From the NCBI GenBank assembly GCA_047639355.1, contig JBLIOC010000001.1:3215-67214 (forward strand): a DNA stretch of 64,000 bases. The letters run 5' to 3'. Positions 29,827 through 38,395 of the stretch are shown in pieces. The notes beneath the pieces were generated by a model that was given only the letters and a program-made list of their open reading frames with translations, had not been told where the DNA came from and did no database searches. The first letter of the stretch is position 1, and each line of letters starts with the position of its first letter. Both the position numbers and the translations under genes were made by a program. The DNA is from Minisyncoccia bacterium. Lineage in GTDB: Bacteria > Patescibacteriota > Minisyncoccia > Phycocordibacterales > UBA918.

Positions 29827-30150
29827 TTGCACATGTTTGGAAAAATTAAAAACTTTGCGATGAAGAAGATTCTTCAGAAGCAAATGAAAAATGTACCAGA
29901 GGACCAGCAAAAGATGATAATGGAAATGTTGGAAAAAGATCCAGTTTTGTTCGAGAAGATTGCCAAAGAAATGCAAGTAGAACTCAAGGCTAATGGTAAT
30001 AATCAAATGGCTGCTGCTACCAAAGTTTTGCCAAAGCACCAAAAAGAAATTATGGCCGTTATGAGTCCTGAAATGAAGGAAAAGTTGATGAAAATGCAAG
30101 GTGGCGGAGGAGCTGGACAATTTAATCCCAATGGAAGCATTCGTAGGTAA
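29827..30150 (+). CDS. Small Met/Lys-rich hypothetical protein
   Basis: 107 aa with repeated MxxM-like spacing (MKEKLMKMQ, MIMEML), a GGGGAG tail and no signal peptide. Divergent from the RND operon. Confidence 0.4.
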   Translation: MHMFGKIKNFAMKKILQKQMKNVPEDQQKMIMEMLEKDPVLFEKIAKEMQVELKANGNNQMAAATKVLPKHQKEIMAVMSPEMKEKLMKMQGGGGAGQFNPNGSIRR

Positions 30151-30233
30151 GGTCCAAAATAGACAACTAAACTCGTCTAGTAATCAACAGGGTGCGGGCT
30201 TTGCTCGCGCCTTTCTGAGTTATAATATTTAAC

Positions 30234-30815
30234 ATGCAACCAAAAAAGATTGTGATTATTTGCGGTCATCCAGACGCGGATACTTTTACTGGCGGATTAT
30301 TAGACCACTACCAAGCTGCTGCTGAGGAGGCGGGTCACGAAGTAAAGCGTTTTAACTTAGGAGAACTACAATTCGACCCAATTCTTCATAAGGGTTATAA
30401 AGAAATTCAATACCTTGAACCGGACTTAATAACACTGCAAGATGCAATTCGTGAATGCGAACATCTAGTGATTGGTTACCCTAACTGGTGGTGCACAATG
30501 CCAGCTATTCTCAAAGGACTGTTTGACCGTTTCTGGTTACCAGGTTTTGCCTTCAACTGCAATAAGGAAACAAATAAAATTGATAAACATTTAAAAGACA
30601 AAACAGCACGTGTTTATAGTCTGTCTGGGTCTAACAGTCCCTTCTATACTTGGTGGCGTTTTGGTGATTATACTAACGAAATTCAGTACGGTATCCTTGA
30701 ATTCGCAGGCATTAAAACTACCGTCACAACTTACGGCCCTACAGAAAAAGTCACTGATAAACAACGTACGACTTGGTTAAAGCAAGTTGACTGTCACGGG
30801 AAGCGGGGTATCTAG
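30234..30815 (+). CDS. Flavodoxin-like fold NAD(P)H:quinone oxidoreductase-family protein
   Basis: N-terminal KIVIICGHPDADTFTGGL resembles the Flavodoxin_2/NQO family. Confidence 0.65.
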   Translation: MQPKKIVIICGHPDADTFTGGLLDHYQAAAEEAGHEVKRFNLGELQFDPILHKGYKEIQYLEPDLITLQDAIRECEHLVIGYPNWWCTMPAILKGLFDRFWLPGFAFNCNKETNKIDKHLKDKTARVYSLSGSNSPFYTWWRFGDYTNEIQYGILEFAGIKTTVTTYGPTEKVTDKQRTTWLKQVDCHGKRGI

Positions 30816-30912
30816 CTTGACATCAACTGTATTTAGTGTATATAAATCAAGGTAAAGTTCAGTATCTTGCTGAGCTTCTGTAATTTAACATACACAACCG
30901 TGGGAGGTTGCT

Positions 30913-31248
30913 ATGGGTACTAAAAAAACTTTAGGTTTAATTCTTTTGCTCGGATTACTGTTACAAATCGGATGCGCTGTTCTTCCGCTACATAGCACAA
31001 ACCAAACTGGTGTGCAGCAAAAACAACGTTCTAATGCTCACGCACAGGTCGCGGGTGAAGCGCATATCATAGCAGTCGGCGTTCTCGCACGAAAACTTCA
31101 GAGTGAGCAGCTCTGTATTGGTGGTCTTACTGAAAAGAGTAGTGATCCAAAAGTCAACATCAGTATGGGTATTACCGATGATGCTGGTAACGTTACCTGG
31201 CTTAGCAGCAGCAGTACTAGTCGTGAAACTACATGTTCATTTAAGTAA
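30913..31248 (+). CDS. Small lipoprotein
   Basis: Signal peptide with lipobox LQIGC; strong SD GGGAGG 8 nt upstream. Confidence 0.55.
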   Translation: MGTKKTLGLILLLGLLLQIGCAVLPLHSTNQTGVQQKQRSNAHAQVAGEAHIIAVGVLARKLQSEQLCIGGLTEKSSDPKVNISMGITDDAGNVTWLSSSSTSRETTCSFK

Positions 31249-31260
31249 TCGGGAGGATGC

Positions 31261-31510
31261 TATGAAGCTTGAAATGTTTCTGTTAGCAGTTCTACTCCTG
31301 ACAGGCTGTGCCAGTCAGGGGGCGTATTTCGAAAGCGATATTCCTGGACTAGCGACAGTAATGATGAATGGCTACAATGTTCCTTTAGCCAAATGTGGAC
31401 CTGGTGAAACCGCAACGTTATCTGGAGATGTTACTTCTAAAAAAACCCGGATTAATCTTAATAGAGAGAGATTGGAGTATCATATTATTTGCCGATCTAC
31501 AAGCAAATGA
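31261..31510 (+). CDS. Small lipoprotein
   Basis: MKLEMFLLAVLLLTGC lipobox; SD GGGAGG. The ORF track extends to 31103, but the SD-preceded Met at 31261 is the likely start. Confidence 0.55.
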
Positions 31511-31542
31511 GCGCTGTATACATAATATACAGCGTTCTTTTT
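31510..31542 (+). terminator. Rho-independent terminator
   Basis: GCGCTGTATA-cataa-TATACAGCGT followed by TCTTTTTT. Confidence 0.75.
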
Positions 31543-31591
31543 TATATCCAACTTTTTCCCGTTTGGTCTAGCGTGTTATTATCTTTAAATT

Positions 31592-32431
31592 ATGCAAAAA
31601 TCTTTTTTACGAGAAACAGCAGGTGTGATTATGCGCGCTGCAGTAGTAGTTCTAACAATCGTAGTTGTACTTCTTTCAATTTCTGCCCTCTATGAAGTTG
31701 AGCTTGGCATTAGTGATGGTAGCTGTAACATTGCCGTTTTACCGATAGAGGGAGCAATTCTCCCGTACCACGGTTTAGCTGGTTACGATTTGGTAATATC
31801 ACCAGAAGCGGTGGGATCATTCATGGCTACAGTAGAAGAAGACGGAAATATTCACGGAGTGATGATTGAAATTAATTCGCCCGGTGGTACCCCAGTTGCT
31901 TCAGAAAGGATTGCTGAACGTTTACGAAATAGTCCCCTCCCAGTTGTTGGACTTGTTGGAGACATTGCTGCTTCTGGTGGGTACATGGTGGCGGCCGCGA
32001 GCGACTATTTGATTGCATCACCAATGTCAGACATTGGAAGTATAGGTGTCACGATGTCATATATTGAAGAGTCTAAAAAGAATGAAGAGGAAGGACTTAC
32101 GTACGTCCAGTTAACAACTGGGGAGTATAAAGACATTGGAAGCCCAAACCGTCCAATTACAGATAGTGAACGAGAACTTTTGCAGACTGACTTAGAAACC
32201 ATACATGATGAATTTGTGAGTATAGTGGCTGAATATCGAGATATGGAAGTATCGGAGGTTGATGCACTTGCGGACGGATCTACTATGCTAGGGCAACGGG
32301 CGGTTGATGCAGGATTGATTGACTCACTTGGTAGTCGAGCAGAGGCGAAGTCTATTTTTGCTGAAATTCTGGAAACAGACATTGAGAATATTAGTTTCTG
32401 TGAGTATAAAAATTCATTTTTACCCTTTTAG
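31592..32431 (+). CDS. sppA: Signal peptide peptidase SppA (S49 family, 36K type)
   Basis: N-terminal TM helix and the S49 active-site region GDIAASGGYMVAAASDYLIASPMSDIGSIGV. Confidence 0.85.
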   Translation: MQKSFLRETAGVIMRAAVVVLTIVVVLLSISALYEVELGISDGSCNIAVLPIEGAILPYHGLAGYDLVISPEAVGSFMATVEEDGNIHGVMIEINSPGGTPVASERIAERLRNSPLPVVGLVGDIAASGGYMVAAASDYLIASPMSDIGSIGVTMSYIEESKKNEEEGLTYVQLTTGEYKDIGSPNRPITDSERELLQTDLETIHDEFVSIVAEYRDMEVSEVDALADGSTMLGQRAVDAGLIDSLGSRAEAKSIFAEILETDIENISFCEYKNSFLPF

Positions 32432-32622
32432 TGAACATAGTGTACAAACTCAGAAAAAATGGTATATTCATTGGGTGAGGGGTGACCAACACATGTGCAG
32501 ATTATCTTGTCTTAGCTCCCGCACCCACTAGGCTAATACATAACCTCTGGTAATATGCCCATACTGGCATCCCTCACACATGACCCGCTTTTTGTCGGGT
32601 CTTAATTTTAATAATTCATTAT

Positions 32623-33723
32623 ATGTCATTATCTGTCGGTATTGTAGGACTTCCTAATGTTGGTAAGTCAACGCTTTTTAATGCTCTTACCAAAAATTCA
32701 GTGCCGATGGAAAATTACCCGTTTTGTACAATTGACCCAACTGTTGGAGTAGTAGCGGTACCCGATGCCCGACTAGCCACTCTGTCAGCTATTTCTGCCT
32801 CAAAAGAAATTTTGCCAGCCATAGTAGAGTTTGTAGATATCGCAGGTCTTGTGAAAGGCGCGTCGACTGGAGAAGGTTTAGGTAATAAATTCCTCGCAAA
32901 TATTCGTGAAACCAACATGATTGCCGAAGTGGTGCGTATTTTTGAAGACGGAGATATTCACCACGTATCTGGCGGAGTTGATCCGATGGGAGACATTGAA
33001 GTAATTAACTTGGAGTTAATAATGGCTGATGGTGAGACTGTGTCCAAGCGCCTTAACAGTGTCGAGAAAGAAGTTAAGCGTGGCGATAAGACTGCATTAG
33101 ACGAAAAGGAGGCATTAGAAAAATTGCTAACACACTTAGAGGCGGGACAGCTTGCTAACAGTCTTGAGCTAACCGACGAAGAGAGTGTGTTGCTAAAAGG
33201 CCTTCATTTGCTTACGATAAAACCTTTTCTATATATCTGCAACAAAAAGCAAGACTCGTTTAATCTAGATGAACAGGACGATGAGCGTTGGCATAAACTG
33301 CTCGAATTCTTTGAAAAGAGCGGTTCCGAATATGTGATGGTTGATGCTGGCATGGAACACGAACTAAAAGATCTGCACGATGATGAGAAGAATGAATTTC
33401 GCCGCGAGTACGGAGCGCAAGGCAGTGGGGTAGAGTCGCTTATTCGAGCTTGTTATAACCGACTTGGTTTAATGAGTTATTTTACAACTGGAGAAGAAGA
33501 GACTCGTGCTTGGACCGTACCGATTGGTAGTACTGGCCCAGAAGCTGGTGCGGCAATTCATAGTGATTTCCAAACTAAATATATACGTGCCCAAGTTGTA
33601 ACTTTTGAGGACCTAGTAGCAGCTGGCTCAAGGTCTGTTGCTCGAGACCAGGGAAAATTGCGCACTGAAGGGAAGGGGTATACCGTTCAAGACGGAGACG
33701 TAATTGAATTTATGCATTCGTAA
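32623..33723 (+). CDS. ychF: Ribosome-binding ATPase YchF (Obg-family GTPase)
   Basis: GIVGLPNVGKSTLFNALT P-loop, and a TGS-like C-terminal domain. Confidence 0.92.
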   Translation: MSLSVGIVGLPNVGKSTLFNALTKNSVPMENYPFCTIDPTVGVVAVPDARLATLSAISASKEILPAIVEFVDIAGLVKGASTGEGLGNKFLANIRETNMIAEVVRIFEDGDIHHVSGGVDPMGDIEVINLELIMADGETVSKRLNSVEKEVKRGDKTALDEKEALEKLLTHLEAGQLANSLELTDEESVLLKGLHLLTIKPFLYICNKKQDSFNLDEQDDERWHKLLEFFEKSGSEYVMVDAGMEHELKDLHDDEKNEFRREYGAQGSGVESLIRACYNRLGLMSYFTTGEEETRAWTVPIGSTGPEAGAAIHSDFQTKYIRAQVVTFEDLVAAGSRSVARDQGKLRTEGKGYTVQDGDVIEFMHS

Positions 33724-33944
33724 CACCGGAGGTCACAAGTGGCTGCAAGGTTATCGAAAGTTTTAAGTAAACGCTTTTTTGATTGGCGTGACGGAATACT
33801 CATCCCTAAAGGGTGACCAGGTTGCTTATATGGCATTGGGTGCCTTGGCAACGATGGAATACGTAAGGATCAAGAAATTACTTTCATTCCGAAAGTGAAA
33901 AAGTAATTAAACCCTGATTTGCGCAAGCAAGTAAGGGTTTTTAG

Positions 33945-34244
33945 CTAACTCAATTCTCCTGGAGGGTTGACTCTCTGTACTGGGCTGACAATATTAGGAT
34001 CCCATTTAGCGTCAATTTCTCCGTGCTTAGTTTCAAATTCCTTAACTTGATGAGACAGGTACTGTTCCAAACGCTTTGCGTGTTGCGGAGTAAGGGTATA
34101 AATAGAGCCTTGGTTACCAGAAGTTAAACCAACAACAAAGTATTCAGGGGTAAAGGCAACGTTAATACTTTCACAGAACAGCTTTGGAGCTTTTTTCAAA
34201 TCTTCTTGTTTCATTAATGTAGTATACAACAAATCTATTTTCAA
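33945..34244 (-). CDS. DUF3467-like small protein
   Basis: 99 aa. The segment TPQHAKRLEQYLSHQVKEFETKHGEI matches the conserved core of DUF3467 as recalled from memory (no search was run). Confidence 0.5.
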   Translation of the reverse strand: MKIDLLYTTLMKQEDLKKAPKLFCESINVAFTPEYFVVGLTSGNQGSIYTLTPQHAKRLEQYLSHQVKEFETKHGEIDAKWDPNIVSPVQRVNPPGELS

Positions 34245-34320
34245 ACTAGATTACTGCACAGAAAGTTTACACATCCTGAAATCAATGGCAAAATAAGGTC
34301 TTATTCGTTGGTAAATTTAG

Positions 34321-37170
34321 ATGTTTATGCATAAGCGTTTTAAGCACAATGAAATAGAGGAGAAGTGGCAGACTAAGTGGAAAACTGACAAACTTTACCG
34401 AACCACAAACAACTCTGCCAAGCCAAAAGCTTATGTGCTTGACATGTTCCCGTACCCATCTGGTGAAGGTCTACATGTAGGACACCCTAAGGGATATATC
34501 GCCACCGACATCTATTCCCGGTTCAAGCGCATGACTGGCCACGAAGTTCTTCACCCAATGGGTTTTGATGCTTTCGGCTTACCGGCTGAAAACTATGCGA
34601 TTAAAAACAAAGTGCACCCACGAGAGGCAGTAGAAACAAATGTTGCTCGTTTTAAGGAACAGCTTGAGGTTCTAGGTTTTGATTATGATTGGGATAGAGA
34701 AGTAAACACCACTGACCCTGAATACTACAAGTGGACACAGTGGATTTTCATACAGCTTTTCAAAAAAGGATTGGCATACGAAAGTTATGAGCCAATCAAC
34801 TGGTGCCCCGGCTGTCAGACTGGCTTGGCAAACGAAGACTTGGAAGCAGACGGCACTTGTGAGCGTTGTGACTCAGTTGTAGAAAAACGACCGATGAGAC
34901 AATGGGTTTTAAAGATTCGCGAGTATGCTGACCGAATGCTTGAGGATTTAAACACGTTAGACTGGCCTGAACATATAAAAGAGGCCCAGCGCAACTGGAT
35001 AGGGCGCTCTGAAGGCGCAGAAATCGACTTTGAGCTGTCTGTAGGTGAAAAGCTATCAGTATTCACAACCAGACCAGATACTCTCTACGGAGCGACTTAC
35101 ATGGTAATTGCTCCAGAGCATAAGCTTGTTCAAAAATACAAAGAACAAATCACTAACTGGACGGAAGTCGATACCTACATCACAGAGGTGAAAGACAAGA
35201 AAGAGATGGACAGACTGGATGACACTAAGGAAAAGACAGGGGTAAAACTAGAAGGAATCACAGCAACAAACCCAGCTAGCGGAGAAGAGATTCCTGTATA
35301 CATCGCAGACTACGTACTAGCAAGCTACGGAACAGGAGCGATTATGGCTGTTCCTGCCCATGATGAGAGAGATAATGCTTTCGCTAAGAAGTTTGGGATT
35401 CATATCAAACAAGTCGTAACTACAATTTTTAACCATAATTCTGAACGTGATGAAAAGGTAAGACGTGGTGTATATGCACTACTTGAGAATGATGATGATG
35501 AGTATTTGATTCAACAAATTACCCTGCCTGCAAAGAATGGTGATGGTGCTTTCTATTGGCTACCTGGAGGAGGTGTAAACGAAGGTGAAAATGATACGGA
35601 TACTCTAAAAAGAGAAGTTTTGGAAGAAACAGGATATCTTGATTTTTGTGTCAAAGAAAAAATTACTAGGGTTCTATATGACTACTCCGATGGAGCACCA
35701 AGACAAGGTAGAAAGGTTGTTGACGTTTACCATGTAAAACTAAAAAGTGAGAAGAGGGAAGAAATTCAATTAGACGAAGACGAAATTAAATGGGGTCTCG
35801 AATCACAATGGGTTAAAAAAAGTGATCTGCAAAGCACTCTAAAAAATGGATCTCCCGAACGATCAAAATTGATACAGTTTGTTGTTGATGTACACAACGG
35901 TCTGGTTTCTACACAATCTGGAGAACTAATGAACTCAGAAAAATTTGATGAAATGACTTCTAAAGAAGCAGGCAAAGCCATTGTAGAAAAAGTTGGTGGA
36001 CGAATGACTACTACTTATAAGATTAAAGACTGGGTATTTTCTAGACAACGTTATTGGGGAGAACCGATTCCAATAATTCACTGTGAGAAGTGTGGACCTG
36101 TTGCTGTGCCAGAAAGTGAACTTCCTCTCGTCCTGCCTGAGGTTGAGAACTACGAGCCAGCTGGTGACGGACAATCTCCTCTCTCCAACATTGATGAGTG
36201 GGTAAACACTACTTGTCCGGCTTGTAACGAACCTGCAAAACGAGAAACCAACACCATGCCACAATGGGCGGGTTCTTCGTGGTACTACTTGCGATACATG
36301 GATCCTAACAATGATAAGGCGTTAGTTTCGAAGGAAAATGAAAAGTATTGGGCACCAGTTGATGTCTATGTAGGAGGTGATCACGCTGTTCGTCATCTTA
36401 TTTATGCTCGTTTCTGGCACAAATTTCTTTACGATATTAATGTCGTAAGTACTATCGAACCGTTTCAACGACTCGAATTTCTAGGTTTCATTCTCGCTGA
36501 AGACGGACGAAAAATGAGTAAGCGGTGGGGTAACGTAATCAACCCGGACGACATTGTAAAATTAGTTGGAGCTGATACGTTGCGCGTTTATGAAATGTTC
36601 ATGGGACCGTTCGAGAACGTTATCGCATGGAGTCAGGACGGTTTGGCTGGTTCTCGCCGCTTCTTAGAACGAGTGTATGGTTTGTCGCAACATATTCAGG
36701 ATGAAGAGCCAAAGGAAGTGACAACTCTACTGCACAAGACAATAAAGAAGGTTACAGATGATATTGAAGGTTTTAAGTTCAATACTGCAATTAGTGCGAT
36801 GATGATATTACTTAATCAGGCTGAAAAGACAGGTATTAGTAAGGAAGGGTACAGGTCATTTCTTAAATTTTTGGCCCCTTTCGCTCCGCATCTAACTGAG
36901 GAGTTGTGGGCGGAAAATGGAAATATGACCAGTGTTCATACAGACGACTGGCCAGTTTACATCTCTAGTTTGGCCCAAGATGATGTGGTAACTATTGGCG
37001 TCCAGATCAATGGCAAAATGCGTGGAGAAATTTCTATTTCCCCAAAAGCAACACAGGTAGAAGCAATGGAAGAAGTTGGTGGAAATCAGTCTCTTTTGGC
37101 AAAGTTTGATAGCGCTAAAATTAAAAAAATAATCTATGTTCAGGGTAGAATCATCAATCTCATAATTTAG
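34321..37170 (+). CDS. leuS: Leucyl-tRNA synthetase carrying an inserted NUDIX hydrolase domain
   Basis: HIGH motif (HVGHPKGY), CP1 editing motifs (TTRPDT; GTGAIMAVPAHDERD), KMSKS (RKMSKR). An inserted ~150-aa domain at about nt 35440-35905 carries a perfect Nudix box (GGVNEGENDTDTLKREVLEETGY). Confidence 0.93.
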   Translation: MFMHKRFKHNEIEEKWQTKWKTDKLYRTTNNSAKPKAYVLDMFPYPSGEGLHVGHPKGYIATDIYSRFKRMTGHEVLHPMGFDAFGLPAENYAIKNKVHPREAVETNVARFKEQLEVLGFDYDWDREVNTTDPEYYKWTQWIFIQLFKKGLAYESYEPINWCPGCQTGLANEDLEADGTCERCDSVVEKRPMRQWVLKIREYADRMLEDLNTLDWPEHIKEAQRNWIGRSEGAEIDFELSVGEKLSVFTTRPDTLYGATYMVIAPEHKLVQKYKEQITNWTEVDTYITEVKDKKEMDRLDDTKEKTGVKLEGITATNPASGEEIPVYIADYVLASYGTGAIMAVPAHDERDNAFAKKFGIHIKQVVTTIFNHNSERDEKVRRGVYALLENDDDEYLIQQITLPAKNGDGAFYWLPGGGVNEGENDTDTLKREVLEETGYLDFCVKEKITRVLYDYSDGAPRQGRKVVDVYHVKLKSEKREEIQLDEDEIKWGLESQWVKKSDLQSTLKNGSPERSKLIQFVVDVHNGLVSTQSGELMNSEKFDEMTSKEAGKAIVEKVGGRMTTTYKIKDWVFSRQRYWGEPIPIIHCEKCGPVAVPESELPLVLPEVENYEPAGDGQSPLSNIDEWVNTTCPACNEPAKRETNTMPQWAGSSWYYLRYMDPNNDKALVSKENEKYWAPVDVYVGGDHAVRHLIYARFWHKFLYDINVVSTIEPFQRLEFLGFILAEDGRKMSKRWGNVINPDDIVKLVGADTLRVYEMFMGPFENVIAWSQDGLAGSRRFLERVYGLSQHIQDEEPKEVTTLLHKTIKKVTDDIEGFKFNTAISAMMILLNQAEKTGISKEGYRSFLKFLAPFAPHLTEELWAENGNMTSVHTDDWPVYISSLAQDDVVTIGVQINGKMRGEISISPKATQVEAMEEVGGNQSLLAKFDSAKIKKIIYVQGRIINLII

Positions 37171-37241
37171 AAAAATGTGGTATACTCAAAACATTGACCG
37201 ATTTAGGCTGATATGTTATAAACTAGGCCACGCATTGAAGA

Positions 37242-38300
37242 TTGAGCAATCAAACCCAACCTTCTAATATTAATATGATTTCATTTAAGCCTAAACAAAT
37301 AAGTAAGACATTGCTTGAAGTTCTCCCTGAAAGAGCTTGTGACGTACTCGAAAAACGCTATGGTCTTGGTAAAGATGGTGAGACATTCACACTTGAAGCT
37401 ATTGGCCAGTCTTACGGGATTACACGTGAGCGTGTTCGTCAGATTGAGAATTACGGTATCCAGTCAATTCAAAAGTCTGAAGTTTATAAAAAGAGTTGTG
37501 ATCTTTTTTTAGAAATGCAAAAACTCATTGACCAACTTGGTGGAGGACTTATAGCCGAACACGTTTTGCTGGATGAACTTAGTGATGACCCAATTACACG
37601 TAACCACCTCTACTTTATTTTGATAGTAGGCGATCCTTTCTACAAAAGTAAGGAGAACCCTCATTATACTCATCGATGGTTTACAGAACGAAAGACAGCT
37701 GACTCTGTAGAAAAAGCACTCAAAAATGTTTATAAAAATCTTAATCGCGACGAGTTAGTCAGCGAGATCGATATTATAAGTCGCTTCAGAACAGAATTGG
37801 TCGAATTGTCAGATAGTCACGACGATCAAGTGTTAAGACGCTGGTTGCAAATCTCTAAACAGATCGGCTGTAACCCGTTAGGTGACTGGGGTCCTGCAGA
37901 AAGTCCAAATATTCGCGTTAAGGGAATTCGTGACTACGCTTATTTGTCAGTTAAACGTCATGGTTCTCCAATGCACTTCCGTGAAGTGGCAAATACTATC
38001 AACGACCTTTTTGATCATCAGGCTCATGTTGCAACGACTCATAATGAGCTAATTAAGGACTCACGTTTTGTATTGGTTGGACGAGGGCTATACGCTCTAA
38101 CTGAATGGGGATACACAGCTGGTGTAGTAAAAGATGTCCTTCACGGAGTTCTAGAACAAGAGGGTCCACTTTCCCGTGAAGAACTAATCGATAAAGTTCG
38201 TAAGGAGCGATACGTGAAGGACAATACTATTCTTGTTAACCTACAGGACACCAGTCTATTCAGAAAACTTGCAAACGGTACTTATACATTAGCTGAATAA
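37242..38300 (+). CDS. Hypothetical protein with an N-terminal sigma-70 region-4-like HTH and a C-terminal HARE-HTH-like winged helix
   Basis: N-terminal LEAIGQSYGITRERVRQIENYGIQSI (sigma r4 signature). C-terminal MHFREVANTIN ... SRFVLVGRGLYALTEWGY resembles the RNAP-delta/HARE-HTH motif (..F..VGRGLFGLREW). Confidence 0.55.
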   Translation: MSNQTQPSNINMISFKPKQISKTLLEVLPERACDVLEKRYGLGKDGETFTLEAIGQSYGITRERVRQIENYGIQSIQKSEVYKKSCDLFLEMQKLIDQLGGGLIAEHVLLDELSDDPITRNHLYFILIVGDPFYKSKENPHYTHRWFTERKTADSVEKALKNVYKNLNRDELVSEIDIISRFRTELVELSDSHDDQVLRRWLQISKQIGCNPLGDWGPAESPNIRVKGIRDYAYLSVKRHGSPMHFREVANTINDLFDHQAHVATTHNELIKDSRFVLVGRGLYALTEWGYTAGVVKDVLHGVLEQEGPLSREELIDKVRKERYVKDNTILVNLQDTSLFRKLANGTYTLAE

Positions 38301-38336
38301 GTTTCTTGTAGAGTAAGATCATAACTTCTGCTTGTT

Positions 38337-38375
38337 AAACGAGCGACTGGACATCTGTCTAGTCGCTCGTTTTTC
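38337..38375 (+). terminator. Rho-independent terminator
   Basis: 11-bp stem AACGAGCGACT / AGTCGCTCGTT, followed by TTTTT. Confidence 0.75.
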
Positions 38376-38395
38376 ATGGTGTACAATACTAATAT

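Noticed and set aside
29827-30150. Interpretation of the Met/Lys-rich ORF as a fragment of the Ffh (SRP54) M-domain
   Set aside because: It has superficial Met-rich similarity only. There is no G-domain upstream, and the characteristic M-domain hydrophobic groove pattern is not evident.
34245-34320. T-box or other leader riboswitch upstream of leuS and alaS
   Set aside because: The leaders are only about 75-100 nt. They lack the T-box AGGGUGGNACCGCG motif and a specifier-loop architecture.
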